Source: Deltaproteobacteria bacterium
GTDB taxonomy: Bacteria > Myxococcota > Myxococcia > SLRQ01
Assembly: GCA_029210625.1 (NCBI GenBank)
Contig: JARGFU010000007.1
Coordinates: forward strand, 27,742 to 91,741
DNA: 64,000 bases
Direction of reading: 5' to 3'
In this document: in pieces, positions 27,728 to 41,400 of the stretch
Layout: the number at the start of each line of letters is the position of its first letter
How positions within the stretch are numbered: position 1 is the stretch's first letter
Made by a program: the position numbers and the translations under genes
The notes under the pieces: model-generated
What the model was told of the DNA's origin: nothing
The model's input: only the letters and a program-made list of their open reading frames with translations
Databases searched by the model: none

Positions 27728-29305
27728 TCACTCCTCGACGAGGGTGCGGCTCTGCTCTCGCATGAACTGCAGGGTGTAGTACGGGCCGCAGCCGCCCTTG
27801 CCGGTGCTGCCGGAGCCCTTCCAGCCACAGAAGGGCTGGGCGCCCGGCCAGGCGCCGGTGGTCGCGCCGGTGCGCTTGTTCACGTAGGTCACGCCGGACT
27901 CGATCTCGTCGAAGAAGCGCGCGATCTCCGCCTTGTCGGCGCTGTAGAAGCCGGCGGTGAGGCCGTACTCGGCGCGGTTGCTCTCCTCGAGGGCCTGGTC
28001 GAGGGAGTCGACCACGCCGATGGCGAGGAAGGGCGTGAAGAACTCCTCCATGAAGAGGGTGCTCTCCAGGGGGGCCCGGGCGATGGTGGGGGCCACGAAG
28101 CGGCCCTTGGCGAGGTCGCCCTCGGTCAGGCGCTCGCCGCCGTGGAGGATCTCGCCCTCCTTCTTCGCCTGGTCGACCGCGCCCTGCCAGGTCCGGATGG
28201 CGCCCTCGCTGATCACCGGGCCGAAGTAGACGTCCTTCTGGGTGACGTCACCGATGGTGATCTCCCGGGTGAGCTTCAGCAGCTTTTCGACGAAGGCGTC
28301 GGCCACGTCCTTGTGCACGTAGACGCGCGAGCAGGCGCTGCACTTCTGGTTCTGCAGGCCCCAGGCGGACTTCATGACGCCCATGGCGGCCATGTCGAGG
28401 TCGGCCGAGGGCATGATGATCGCCGGGTTCTTGCCGCCCAGCTCGAGCAGGCAGGGCTTGATCCACTTCTGGCTCATGCCGTGGAAGATGTGGAGGCCGA
28501 CGGCCTTGGAGCCGGTGAAGACGACGCCGTCCACGCCCGGGTGGAAGACCAGGGGATCACCCATCACCGAGCCGCGGCCGGTGAGGAAGTTGATCACGCC
28601 CGGGGGCACGCCCGCGTCGCGGTAGCACTCGAAGACCTTCAGGCCGGTCCAGGGGGTGTCGGTGGCGGGCTTGTAGATGACCGCGTTGCCGGTCACCAGC
28701 GCCGCCGAGGACATGCCGAAGGAGAGGGCCGCCGGGAAGTTGAAGGGGGCGACGCAGGCGAAGACGCCGTAGGGGCGCAGCACGTCGGTGTTGGTCTCGA
28801 TCGGCGTCAGCTTGTTCATGTCGCGGACCCAGCCCTTGGCGTCCTCGACCTGCTGCGCGTAGTAGTCGATGAGATCGGCGGACTCCTCGGCGTCGCCGAG
28901 GGCCTCGAGGCGGTTCTTGCCGACCTCGATGCTCATGATGGCGGCGAGCTCGAACTTGCGCTTGCGCACGACCTTGGCGGCCTCGCGCAGGATGGCGACG
29001 CGCTCCTGCCAGGGGCGGGCGGCCCAGGCCTTCTGGGCGGCGCGGGCGGCCTTCACCGCCATGTCGACGTGCTCGAGCTGGCCGTTCTGGAACTTGCCCA
29101 GCACGATGCTGGTGTCGATGGGCGAGACGTCCGTGTTGGGCTCGGCGTCGGCGGTGACCTCCTCGCCCCCGATGACGAGGGGGTGGGTCTTGCCGAACTC
29201 GCCCCGGATCTTCTCGAGGGCCTCGTCGAAGTACTGGTGGACCTCCTCCATCTGATCGGCGGTGGTCGTGTAGGTGATGCGCAGGTTCTCGGGAGCCGTG
29301 GCCAT
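27728..29305 (-). CDS. rocA: 1-pyrroline-5-carboxylate dehydrogenase (RocA/PruA-type aldehyde dehydrogenase)
   Basis: The 525-aa product has an ALDH fold with a catalytic Cys (KCSACSRVYV) and Glu (LELGGKNP). Its N-terminus is RocA-like. The start MATAPENL was re-derived at 29305. Confidence 0.8.
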   Translation of the reverse strand: MATAPENLRITYTTTADQMEEVHQYFDEALEKIRGEFGKTHPLVIGGEEVTADAEPNTDVSPIDTSIVLGKFQNGQLEHVDMAVKAARAAQKAWAARPWQERVAILREAAKVVRKRKFELAAIMSIEVGKNRLEALGDAEESADLIDYYAQQVEDAKGWVRDMNKLTPIETNTDVLRPYGVFACVAPFNFPAALSFGMSSAALVTGNAVIYKPATDTPWTGLKVFECYRDAGVPPGVINFLTGRGSVMGDPLVFHPGVDGVVFTGSKAVGLHIFHGMSQKWIKPCLLELGGKNPAIIMPSADLDMAAMGVMKSAWGLQNQKCSACSRVYVHKDVADAFVEKLLKLTREITIGDVTQKDVYFGPVISEGAIRTWQGAVDQAKKEGEILHGGERLTEGDLAKGRFVAPTIARAPLESTLFMEEFFTPFLAIGVVDSLDQALEESNRAEYGLTAGFYSADKAEIARFFDEIESGVTYVNKRTGATTGAWPGAQPFCGWKGSGSTGKGGCGPYYTLQFMREQSRTLVEE

Positions 29306-29421
29306 GGCAAACCTCCTTGAGGGGTCGCAATCGTTCGAGAGGGGTCCGCAACCTACCGCTCGCCCCCGGGCGCGGCAAGGACCGCCGTCCGGGGCCGGAG
29401 GGCCCTGGAACACGCTGTTTC

Positions 29422-29450
29422 AGCCGCCCGGAGCGTTCTTCCGGGCGGCT
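29422..29450 (-). terminator. Strong GC hairpin 17 nt downstream of the giant gene's stop; a putative intrinsic terminator
   Basis: The sequence agccgcccggagcgttcttccgggcggct forms an 11-bp perfect stem with a 7-nt loop. The downstream U-tract on the minus-strand transcript is weak. Confidence 0.4.
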
Positions 29451-29466
29451 CGGGGTGCGCGGAGCG

Positions 29467-32400
29467 CTAGCGTCGGCGCCGCCGCAGGGGCAGGGCCAGG
29501 AGCGCCAGCAGGGCCGCGAGGGCGATCCCGCCGCCGCCGACGTCGCTCTCGGACGCCATGCAGTTGCAGCCGCGGCCGGTGCCGACGTCCGGCGGCTCGG
29601 CGACGGTGAAGGTCCGGATCTCGCCGAAGCCGGTGCCGCCCTCGCTCCCCGCGATGGCGCAGAAGTAGTAGGTGCCCGCGCCGGGGTTGGGCAGCGTCTC
29701 GGCGAACTGCACCGCGAAGTTGCCGGCGCCCAGGATGGTGCCCTCGCCCTCGCCGGCGGGCACCCGGGTGCCGAAGCTGTCGTCGCAGGCGGCGGGCTCC
29801 TGCAGGCTGTAGCGGAACCAGCCCACCGCGTCGAAGCCCTGCGGGTTGCCGGAGCCGGCGAGGGTGACCTGCTGGGCGTTGGACGAGCTCGAGAGGGTCA
29901 ACACCAGCGGCGGCACGTCGGCGGTGGTGAAGGACTGCACGTTCCCGAAGGCCGCGCCCGCCAGGTTGCTGGCCGCGGCGCAGTAGTAGTAGGTCGTGCC
30001 GGGGCTCAGGCCGGCCGCGTTCACCGAGAAGGGCGCGGGGCTGAAGGCCGCGCCCAGGGCGATGCCGCCGGTGTCCGGCACCCGCTGGCCGAAGGCGTCG
30101 TCGCAGGTGCCCGGGTCGGTGTCACCGAGGCGGAACCAGCCGGTGGCCTCGGTGCCGTTCGGGGTCGCGGCGCCGGCCAGGGTGGCCGAGGTCCCCACCA
30201 CGTCCGTCGCCGGATCGGTGACCACGTCGGGCGCCGTGGCGCCGGTGGTGAAGGACTCGAGCTGCCCGAAGGTCATGCCCAGGCCGTTCTCGGCGATGGC
30301 GCAGTAGTAGTAGGTCACGCCCGGATCGAGGCCCGTGGCGGGCTCGGAGAAGGCGACCGGATCGACGCCGGCCCCGAGGTCGTGGCCGAGGGCGTCCGGC
30401 AGGCGGATGCCGAAGCTGTCGTCGCAGCTGCCGGGATCGACGCTGTCGATCCGGAACCAGCCCAGGGTCAGGTCGGCGTTGGGGTTGGCCGTGCCGTTGA
30501 GGACCGCCGAGGAGAGATCGACCCCGGTCGCCGGATCGGTGGTGACGCTCGGGTAGTCGGCCGGGGTGGTCAGCATCCGCACCTCGCCGAAGCCGAAGCC
30601 GTCGCTGTTCTGGGCGATGGCGCAGAAGTAGTAGGTGGTGTTCGGCGTCAGGCCGGTGAGGGTCTCGGTGAAGGGCGTGACCCCGGCGCCGGCGGTGATG
30701 GGGGTGCCGCCGCTGGCGGGGAGCCGGGTGCCGAAGAGGTCGTCACAGCTGCCCGGGCTGGTCGTGCCGTAGCGGAACCAGGCGGTGGTGGCGAGGGGGC
30801 CGGGTTCGGCCGTGCCGTGGAGGTCGGCGCCGGTCGCGACGATCTGGTCGGCCGGCTCGGTGGTGACCCGCGGCGAGCCGAGGGTGGTGAAGGAGAGGAC
30901 CGCCCCGAAGCCCAGGCCGGTGGCGTTCTGGGCGACGGCGCAGAAGTAGTAGGTCGTCCCCGCCGTGAGGCCCACCAGGCTTTCGCTGAAGGTGACCGGG
31001 CTGGTGCCCGAGCCCAGGGAGGTGCCGCCGAAGGAGGGCGCCCGCATCCCGAAGGTGTCGTTGCAGGTGCCCGGGCTGGTGGTGTCGTAGCGGAAGTAGC
31101 CGGTGGAGGCGCCGGCGTTCGGGTTGGCCACGCCCTCCAGGGTGGCGGTGGTGTGGCCGAGGCTGGTGGCCGCCAGGGTGGTGGTCGCCGGGGCCTCCAG
31201 GGTGGTGAAGGAGAGGACCGAGCCGATCCCCGTGCCGGTGGCGTTCTGCGCGATGGCGTAGAAGTAGTAGGTCGTGCCGGGCTGGAGGCCGGTGATGCCC
31301 TGGGTGTAGGGGACCGGGCTGCTGCCGGAGCCCAGGGCGGTGCCGGAGGCGGCCGGGGCCCGGGTGCCGAAGCTGTCGTTGCAGAAGACCGGATCCGCGG
31401 TGTCGTAGCGGAAGTGGCCGGTCGTCGCGGCGAGGTTCGGGTTCGCCGAGCCGCCGAGCACCGCGCTGCTGCCGGTGATCGAGGTGGCCGCCACGGTGGT
31501 CACCGAGGGGCTCGCCGGGGTGGTGAAGGAGAGGACCGTGCCGAAGCCCGGGCCGGTCGAGTTCGTGGCGATGGCGCAGTAGTAGTAGGTGGTGCTCGGG
31601 GTCAGGCCGGTGATGCCCTGGCTGTACTGCACGGCGCTGCCGCCGTTGCCGAGGCTGGTGCCTCCCGCGAAGGGCGCCCGCGTCCCGAAGGTGTCGTTGC
31701 AGCTCGACGGAGCGGTGCTCGCGTAGCGGAAGTAGCCGGTGCTGGCGGAGAGGTTGGGGTTCGCCCAGCCCTCGAGGGTGGCCCCGGTGCTGCTGACGCC
31801 GGTCGGGGGCAGGGTGGCGACCGTCGGCGCAGAGGGCGTCGTGAAGGAGAGCACGCTGCCGTAGCCGGCGCCGGTGGCGTTGGAGGCGATGGCGCAGAAG
31901 TAGTAGGTGGTCCCCGCCGTGAGCCCCGAGATGGCCTGCGAGTAGGGCACGGCGCTGCTGCCGTTGCCGAGGTCGGCGCCGCCGGAGGCCGGCATCCGCG
32001 TGCCGAAGCTGTCGTTGCAGAAGGTGGGATCCGTGGCGCTGTAGCGGAAGTAGCCCGTGGTGGCCGTCAGGTTCGGGTTGGCCGATCCGTTGAAGACCGC
32101 GCCGGTGCTGGTCACCGAGGTCGCCGCCACGGTGGTGACGGTGGGCTCGGCCGGGGTGGTGAAGGAGAGGACCGTGCCGAAGCCCGGGCCCTCGCTGTTG
32201 GTGGCGATGGCGCAGAAGTAGTAGGTGGTCGCCGGGGTGAGGCCGGTGATGCTCTCGGCGTAGGCCTGCGGGGCGCTACCAGCGCCGAGGTCGGCGCCGC
32301 CGCCGGCCGGGGCGCGGGTCCCGAAGGTGTCGTTGCAGGTGCCCGGGCTGGTGGTGGCGTAGCGGAAGTGGCCGGTGGTGGTCGAGGCGTTCGGATCCGC

Positions 32401-35400
32401 CGAGCCGTTCAGGGTCGCGCCCCAGCCGGAGAGGCTGGTGGCCGCCAGGGTGGTGACCGCGGGAGGCGCCAGGGTGGTGAAGGAGAGCACCTGGCCGAGC
32501 TCCAGGCCCACGGCGTTCTGGGCGATGGCGCAGAAGTAGTAGGTCGTCCCGGGGACGAGACCGGTGAGGGTCTGGGTGTAGGTCACCGGGGTGCCGCCGG
32601 CCCCGAGGGAGACGCCGCCGGTGGCCGGGGTCCGGGTGCCGAAGCTGTCGTTGCAGGCGCCCGGGTTCACGGGGCCGTAGCGCAACCAGCCGGTGGTGGC
32701 CGAGAGGTTCGGGTTGGCGCTGCCCTCGAGGGTGGCGGTGCTGCCGGCCACCCCGCTGGCGGCGAGGGTGGTGACGCTCGGGCTCGCGAGGGTGGTGAAG
32801 CTCTGCACCCCGCCGAAGGTGCGCCCCTCGGCGTTCACCGCCGCGGCGCAGAAGTAGTAGGTCGTCGCCGGCGAGAGGCCGGTGACCGCGAGGCTGTAGG
32901 GCACGGAGAGGTTGCCGGCGCCGAGCGCCTCACCGCCGGTGGAGGGGTGGCGGGTGCCGTAGGCGTCGCTGCAGGTGCCCGGCGCGGTGGTGCCGAGGCG
33001 GAAGTAGCCGGTGGCGGCCGCGAGGTTCGGATCGGCCGAGCCCTCGAGGGTCGCGCCGGTGCTGCTCACCGCCGTCGCGGCGAGGCTCGCCACGGTGGGC
33101 GCCGCCGGGGTGGTGAAGGAGAGCACGCTGCCGAAGTCGGTGCCGGTGGCGTTCTGGGCGATGGCGCAGAAGTAGTAGGTCGTCCCGGCGGCCAGGCCCG
33201 AGACGGCCTGCGTGAAGGGCACGTTCGCGCTGCCGGCGCCGAGGTTGGCGCCGCCCGAGGCGGGCGCCCGGGTACCGAAGCTGTCGTTGCAGACCGAGGG
33301 ATCGGTGCTGCTGTAGCGGAAGTAGCCGGTCGTGGGAGACAGGTTCGGGTTGGCCGAGCCGGCCAGGACCGCGCTGCTGCCCGTCACCGAGGTCGCGGGC
33401 GAGGTCACGACGTTGGGCGCCGCCGGCGTGCTGAAGCTCGAGATGGCGCCGAAGGAGGTGCCCTGGGCGTTACTGGCGATGGCGCAGTAGTAGTAGGTCG
33501 TCGCCGCGGAGAGGCCCACCAGGCTCTGGCTGAAGGGCACGGGGACGCTGCCCGAGCCGAGGCTCGCGCCGCCGGTGAGGGGAGCGCGGGTGCCGAAGCT
33601 GTCGTCACAGGCGCCGGGGTTGGTGGTGGAGTAGCGGAAGTGCCCGGTGGTGGCCGAGTTGCTCGGGTTGGCGGAGCCCTCGAGGGTGGCGCTCGTGGCC
33701 GCGACGGAGGTCGCGGGCGCGGTGGTCACCGTGGGCGGCGCCGCGGTCGTGAAGGAGAGGACGAGGCCGAAGCCGGTGCCGTAGGTGTTCGAGGCGATGG
33801 CGCAGTAGAAGTAGGTCGTGCCCGTCGTCAGGCCGGTGATGGCCTCGGAGAAGGGGACGCTGGCGCCGCCCGAGCCGAGGTCGGTGCCGCCCGCCGCCGG
33901 CACCCGGGTGCCGAAGGCGTCGTTGCAGACCCCCGGATCGGTGGTGGCGAAGCGGAAGTGCGCGGTGGTCGCCTCGAAGTTGGGGTTGCCGGAGCCGGTG
34001 AGGGTGGCGCCGGTGCCGGTCACCGCGGTCACGGCGCTGGTCAAGACGGTCGGCGCCGCGGCGGTGGTGAAGGTCTGCACGCCGCCGAAGCCCGTGCCCT
34101 CGGAGTTGGAGGCGATGGCGCAGTAGAAGTAGGTCGTCCCGGTCGAGAGGCCCGTGAGCGGCTCGCTGAAGGGCACGGGGCTGCTGCCCGACCCGAGCGA
34201 GGTGCCGCCGGCGGCCGGGAGCCGGGTGCCGAAGCTGTCGCTGCAGGTGCCCGGATCGGTGGTCGAGAAGCGGAAGTGCCCGGTGGCCGCCCGCAGGTTC
34301 GGGGTCGCCGAGGCCTGGAGGGTGGCGGTGGTGCTGGTCACGCCGGTGGCGGCCAGGGTCGCGACGGTCGGGGCCGCCGGCGTGGTGAAGGAGAGGACCG
34401 CTCCGTAGCCGTTGCCCGTGCCGCTCTGGGCGATGGCGCAGAAGTAGTAGGTCGTGCCGGCGCCGAGGCCGGTGAGGGCCTGCGAGTAGGGCACCGGGCT
34501 GCCGCCCGCACCGAGGGAGACACCGCCGGCGGCCGGGGCCCGGGTGCCGAAGCTGTCGTTGCAGGTGGTGGGGTCGGTGCTGCTGTAGCGGAAGTACCCG
34601 GTGGTCGCGTCGAGGTTCGGGTTCGCCGAGCCGTTGAGCACCGCGCTGGTGCTCGTGACCGAGGTCGCCGCAGCGGTGGTCACGGCGGGCAGGGTCGGCG
34701 TGGTGAAGGAGAGCACGGCGCCGAGGGCGGTGCCCTCCGCGTTGATGGCGATGGCGCAGTAGTAGTAGGTCGTGCCCGAGGCGAGGCCGGTGAGGACCTC
34801 GGTGTAGGCCAGCGGGGCGGCGCCCGAGCCGAGATCGGTCCCGCCCGTGGCCGGGACGCGGGTGCCGAAGCTGTCGTCACAGACCCCGGGGGAGGTCGTC
34901 GCGTAGCGGAAGTGGCCGGTGGTGGGGGAGCGGTTGGCGATCGCCGTGCCCTCGAGGGTGGCGCCGGTGGCCGAGACGGCGGTGGCCGGATCGGTGGTCA
35001 CGACGGGGACGTCGGCGGTGGTGAAGCTCTGGAGCACGCCGAAGCTCGTGCCCACCGCGTTGGTGGCGATGGCGCAGAAGTAGTAGGTCGTCCCGGCGGA
35101 GAGGCCGGAGAGGGCCTGGGTGTAGGGCACGGGGCTGCCGCCGCTGCCCAGGGAGGCGCCGCCGGTGGCCGGAGCGCGCAGGCCGAAGCTGTCGTCACAG
35201 ACCCCGGGGTCGGTCGTCGCGTAGCGGAAGTGGCCGGTGGTGGCCTCGAGGTTGGGATCGGCGGACGCCGAGAGGATCGCGCTGGAGCCGGTGATCGCCG
35301 TGGCGCTGCCGGTGGAGACCGAGGGGGCGTCGGCGGTGGTGAAGCTCAGCACGCCGCCGAAGGCCGTGCCCTCGGCGTTGGTGGCGATGGCGCAGTAGTA

Positions 35401-38400
35401 GTAGGTCGTCCCGGTCGAGAGGCCGGAGAGGGTCCGCGAGTAGAAGACGTCGGAGCTGCCCGCCCCCAGCGCGGTGCCGCCGGTGGCCGGGGTGCGCGTG
35501 CCGAAGGTGTCGTTGCAGGTCCCCGGATCGGTGGTGGCGTAGCGGAAGTGGCCGGTCGAGGCCGAGAGGTTGGGGTTGGCGGCGCCCTCGAGGGTCGCGC
35601 CGGTGCCGCTCACCGCCGAGGCGGCGAGGGTGGTCACCGCCGGCGCCGAGGGCGTGGTGAAGGAGATCACGCTGCCGAAGCCCGTGCCCGTGGCGCTCTG
35701 CGCGATGGCGCAGAAGTAGTAGGTGGTGCCGGAGGCGAGGCCGGTGAGGGAGTTGGAGTAGGGCACCGGGCTGTTCCCCGAGCCCAGGTCCGTCCCACCG
35801 GAGGCCGGGGTGCGGGTGCCGAAGCTGTCGTTGCAGGTGGTCGGATCGGTGCTGCTGTAGCGGAACCACCCCGTCGTGGCGTCGAGGTTGGGATCGGCCG
35901 AGCCGTTGAGCACCGCGCCGCTGCTGGTCACCGAGGTCGCCGCGGCGGTGGTCACCGTCGGCAGAGTCGGGGTGGTGAAGGAGAGCACGGCCCCGAAGGA
36001 GGTGCCCTCGGCGTTCGCCGCGATGGCGCAGTAGTAGTAGGTCGTCGAGGAGGCCAGCCCGGTGAGGACCTCGTCGTAGGGGAGGGCGCTGCTGCCGGCG
36101 CCCAGGGCGGTCCCGCCGGAGGCCGGGGCGCGGGTGCCGAAGCTGTCGTTGCAGGTGCCCGGATCGCTGGAGGCGTAGCGGAAGTAGCCGCTGGTGCCCG
36201 AGAGGTTCGGGTTGGCGGAGCCCTGGAGCGTGGCCCCGCTGGCGCTGACCGCAGTCGCCGCGAGGGTGCTCACGGTCGGGGCGTCGGGCGTGGTGAAGGA
36301 GAGGACGCCGCCGAAGGCGGTGCCCACGGCGTTCGTGGCCGCGGCGCAGAAGTAGTAGGTGGTCGAGGCGGAGAGGCCCGCGAGCACCTCGTCGAAGGAG
36401 ATCGGCGTGCCGCCGGCGCCCAGGTCGGTGCCGCCCGAGGCCGGGACGCGGGTGCCGAAGCTGTCGTTGCAGGTGCCCGGGTCGATCGTGCCGTAGCGGA
36501 AGTAGCCGGTGGCGGCGAGGAGCTGCGGGTTGGCCTGGCCGTCGAGGGTGGCGCCGGTGCTGCTCACGCCGCTGACGGCGACGGTGGTGACGGTCGGCGC
36601 CGCCGCGGTGGAGAAGGAGCGGACCACGCCGAAGCCGGTGCCCTCGGCGTTGTTGGCGATGGCGCAGTAGTAGTACGTCGTCCCGGTGGCGAGCCCGGTG
36701 ACGCTCTGGGTGTAGGGCACGGGCGCGCTGCCGGCGCCGAGGGAGGCGCCGCCGCTGGCCGGGGCCCGGGTGCCGAAGCTGTCGTTGCAGGTGCCCGGAT
36801 CCGTGGCGCTGTAGCGGAAGTAGCCGGTGGTCGGCGAGAGGTTCGGGCTGGCCGTGCCCTCGAGGGTGGCGCTGGTGCCCGTCACCGCGCTGGCGGTCAC
36901 GGTGGTCACCCCCGGCGGGCCGGTGGTGGTGAAGGAGAGCACGCCACCGAAGTCGAGGCCGGTGGCGTTCTGGGCGATGGCGCAGAAGTAGTAGGTGATG
37001 CCGCTCGAGAGGCCGCTGATGGCCTGGGCGAAGGCGATGGGGCTGCCGCCGGCGCCGAGGGAGGCGCCGCCGGTGGCCGGGGTGCGGGTGCCGAAGGTGT
37101 CGTCGCAGCTGGCCGGAGGCGTGGCCGAGTAGCGGAACCAGCCGGTGGTCGAGGAGAGGTTCGGGTTGGCCGAGCCGTTGAGGGTCGCGCCCGAGCTGGA
37201 GATCAGGCTGGCGGCGACGGTGGTGACCGTCGGGGTGGCCGGCGTGGTGAAGGTCGCCACGCTGCCGAAGCCGGTGCCCACGGCGTTCGAGGCGATGGCG
37301 CAGAAGTAGTAGGTGGTGCCCGAGGAGAGGCCGGTGATGGCCTGGGTGTAGGGCACGGCGATGTCGCCGGCACCCAGCGAGGCGCCGCCGGAGGCCGGGG
37401 CGCGGGTGCCGAAGCTGTCGTCGCAGGTGCCCGGATCGGTGGTGTCGTAGCGGAAGTAGCCGGTGCTGCCGTTCAGGTTGGGATCGGCCTGGCCGGCCAG
37501 GGTGGCCCCCGAGCTGGTGATCGAGCTGGCCACGCCGGTGGTCACCGTCGGGGCGGCGGGCGTGGTGAAGGAGAGGATCTCACCCACGGCGTTGCCCACG
37601 CTGCTCGAGGCGAGGATGCAGAAGTAGTAGGTCGTGCCCGGGTTCAGCGAGGTGACCGCCTGGGCGTGAGGCACCGGCGTGTTGCCGCCGCCGAGGTCCG
37701 CCCCGCCGGTGGCCGGGGTGCGGGTGCCGAAGGTGTCGTTGCAGGTGCCCGGGTTGGTGGTGCTGTGGCGGAACCAGGCGGTGGTGGGATCGCCGTTGGG
37801 GTTCACCGTGCCGTTGAGGGTCGCGCCGGTGGAGGCGATGGCCGTGGCCGCCAGGGTGGTCGCCGCGGGCGGCGCCGCCGGGGTGGTGAAGGAGAGGACC
37901 GGCCCGAGGGTCTTGCCCACGCTGCTCTCGGCGATGGCGCAGAAGTAGTAGGTGGTCGCCGGCGCGAGCCCGGAGAGGGGCTGGGCCATGGCGACCGGCA
38001 CCGAGCCGCTCCCCAGGGAGTAGGTCGTGGAGACCGTGCCGAAGGTGTCGTTGCAGCCCGCCGGATCGGTGGTGTCGTAGCGGAACCAGCCGGTGGTCGT
38101 GTAGCTGTTCGGGGTGATCGCGGCGTTGAGGGTCGCGGTGGTCGAGGTGACCGGCGTGGCGGCCAGGGTGACGACCGTCGGCGGGGTGGTCGTGGTGAAG
38201 CTGCGGACGGTGCCGAAGGAGATGCCCACCGCGTTCTGGGCGACGGCGCAGAAGTAGTAGGTCGTCCCCGGGGAGAGCCCGGTGATCGCCTGGGAGAAGC
38301 TGGTGTTGCTGGTGCCCGAGCCGAGGTTGGTGCCGCCGGTGGTCGGCGCCCGGGTCCCGAAGCTGTCGTTGCAGGTGCCGGGGCTGGCCGTGCCGTAGCG

Positions 38401-41400
38401 GTACCAGCCGGTGGTGGCGCTGCCCCAGGGGTTGGCGTAGCCGTTGAGGGTGGCGAGGGTGGGGCTGACGCCGGTGGCGCTGTTGGTGCCGACCGTCGGC
38501 TCCACGGAGTCGGTGGTGAAGGTCTGCACCGAGCCCCAGCTGGTGCCGTAGGAGTTCCGGGCCAGCGCGCAGTAGTAGTAGGTCGTCCCGGGCTGGAGGC
38601 TGGTGCGCGAGCGGGAGAAGCTCACGACCCCGGCGCCGGTGCCGAGGTAGGTGTCCGAGGTGCTCGAGGAGGGCCAGCGGGTGCCGAAGACGTCGCTGCA
38701 GACCCCGGGGTTCGAGGTCGAGAAGCGGAAGTAGCCGTAGGTCCCGTTGTTGTTGGGGTTGGCCGTGCCCTGGAAGACCACCGAGGAGGAGGTGATCGAG
38801 GTGGGCGGCTCGGTGGTGACGATCGGCGCGTCGGCGGTGGTCACGGAGACCACCGTGCCGAAGGCCGTGCCCTCGGCGGAGGAGACGATGGCGCAGTAGT
38901 AGTAGGTGGTGCCCGCCGAGAGGCCGCTGATGGTCTGGTTGAAGGAGACGCCCGAGGTGCCCGAGCCCAGGCTGGTGCCACCGGTGGTGGGCGCCCGGGA
39001 GCCGAAGGTGTCGTTGCAGGTGCCCGGGTCGGTGAGGGCGTAGCGGAACCAGCCGGTGGTGGCCGCGCCGTTCGGGGTGCCAGTGCCGTAGAGGCGCACC
39101 GAGGAGTTGGTGATGCTGCCCGCGGCCTCGGTGACCACCGTCGGCGGCGTCGGGGTGGTGAAGCTGACGATCGAGCCGAAGGTCTTGCCGACGCTGTTCT
39201 CGGCGATGGCGCAGTAGTAGTAGGTCGTGCCGGCGACGAGGCCGGTGATGTCCTCACTGAAGGAGACGTTGTTGGTGCCCGCGCCGAGGGCGTCCCCGCC
39301 GGTGGTGGGGGCCCGGGTGCCGAAGGTGTCGTTGCAGGTGCCGGGGCTGGTGGTCGAGTAGCGGAACCAGCCGGTGGTGGCCGCGCCGCCCGGGTCGGAG
39401 GCGCCGCGCAGGGTGGCGGTGGTGCCGGTCAGGTTGATGGCGCTGTAGGTCGTCGCGGTCGGGGCGTCGGGCAGGGTGGTGAAGGAGAGCACCGAACCCC
39501 AGCTGGTGCCGTAGGAGTTCCGGGCCAGGGCGCAGTAGTAGTAGGTCGTCCCGGGCAGGAGGCTGGTGTAGGAGCGGGCGTAGAAGACCGGGGCGCTGCC
39601 GGTGCCCAGGTAGGTGTCGGAGGTCGTGGAGCTGGGCCAGCGCGTACCGAAGCTGTCGCTGCAGGCGCCCGGATCGGTGGTGGAGAAGCGGAAGTAGCCG
39701 TAGGTGCCGGCGGCGTTGGGGTCGGCCGAGCCGTTGAAGAGCACCGACGAGGAGGTGATCGAGGTCGGCGGCTCGGTCGTCACCGTCGGCGCGTCGGCCG
39801 TGGTGAAGGTGATCACCGCGCCGAAGGCGGTGCCCTCGGCCGAGGAGACGATGGCGCAGTAGTAGTAGGTCGAGCCCACCGAGAGCCCGGCGATGGACTG
39901 GGAGAAGGAGACCCCGCTGGTGCCGGTGCCGAGGTTGGTGCCGCCGGAGGTGGGGGCGCGAGAGCCGAAGGTGTCGTTGCAGGTCCCCGGATCGGTGGGG
40001 CTGTAGCGGAACCACCCGGTGGTGGCGGAGCCGTTGGGCGTGCCGGTGCCGCGCAGGGTGGCGTCGTCCTGGGTGATCCCGGTGGCGGGATCGGTGGTGA
40101 CCAGCGGCGGGGTGGGCGTCGTGAAGCTCACCATCGAGCCGAAGGCCTTGCCCACGCTGTTCTCGGCGATGGCGCAGTAGTAGTAGGTCGTGCCCGCGAC
40201 GAGGCCGGTGACGTTCTCGTTGAAGGAGACCGTGCTGTTCCCGGCGCCGAGGGCATCACCGCCGGTGGTGGGGGCGCGGGTACCGAAGGTGTCGTTGCAG
40301 GTGCCGGGGCTGGCCGTGGCGTAGCGGAACCAGGCGGTGGTCGTGGCGCCGCCGGGGTTCGCGCCGCCCCGCAGCTGGGCGCCGGTGCCCGTCAGGGCGG
40401 TGGCGCTGTAGGTGCTCACCGTCGGCAGGGCGGCCAGGGTGGTGAAGGACTGCACGGTGCCCCAGGAGGTCCCGTAGGAGTTCCGGGCCAGGGCGCAGTA
40501 GTAGTAGGTGTTCCCCGGCAGGAGGCCCGTGAGGGTGCGGGCGAAGGGCACCGCAGCCGTGCCGGTGCCGAGGTAGGTGTCGGAGCTCGTCGACGAGGGC
40601 CAGCGGGTGCCGAAGCTGTCGCTGCAGGTGCCCGGGTTGGTGGTGGAGTAGCGGAAGAAGCCGTAGGCGCCGTTGCTGTTCGGATCACCGGTGCCGTTGA
40701 AGACCACCGAGGTGGCCGTGATCGAGTTCGGCGCCTCGGTGGTCACCGCCGGCACGTCGGCGGTGGTGAAGCTCATCACCGCGCCGAAGGCGGTGCCCTC
40801 GGCCGAGGCGGCGATGGCGCAGTAGTAGTAGGTGGTCCCGGCCGAGAGGCCGGAGATGGCGCGGGAGTAGGGGACCGCGGCGGTGCCCGAGCCCAGGCTG
40901 GTGCCGCCGGTGGTGGGCGCCCGCGAGCCGAAGACGTCGTCGCAGTCGGTGGGCTCGGTCAGGGCGTAGCGGAACCAGCCGGTGGTGGCCGAGCCGTTGG
41001 GATCGGCCTGTCCCCGCAGGGTGGCCCCGCTGTTGGTGAGGCCGGTGATGGTGTCGGTGGTGACGATGGGCGGCGTCGGCGTGGTGAAGCTGACGATCGT
41101 GCCGTAGGTCTTGCCCTCGCTGTTCTCGGCGATGGCGCAGTAGTAGTAGGTGGTGCCGGCGGTCAGCCCGGAGATGGTCTCGTTGTAGGAGACCGTGCTG
41201 GTGCCCGAGCCGACGTCGTCGCCGCCGGTGGTGGGGGCGCGGGTGCCGAAGGTGTCGTTGCAGGTGCCCGGGCTGGAGGTGTCGTAGCGGAACCAGGCGG
41301 TGGTGGCCGCGCCGCCCGGATCGACCCCACCGCGAAGCAGCGCGGTGGTGGCGGTCAGGCCGGTGGCGCTGTAGGTCGAGACCCCCGGCGGATCCGCGAG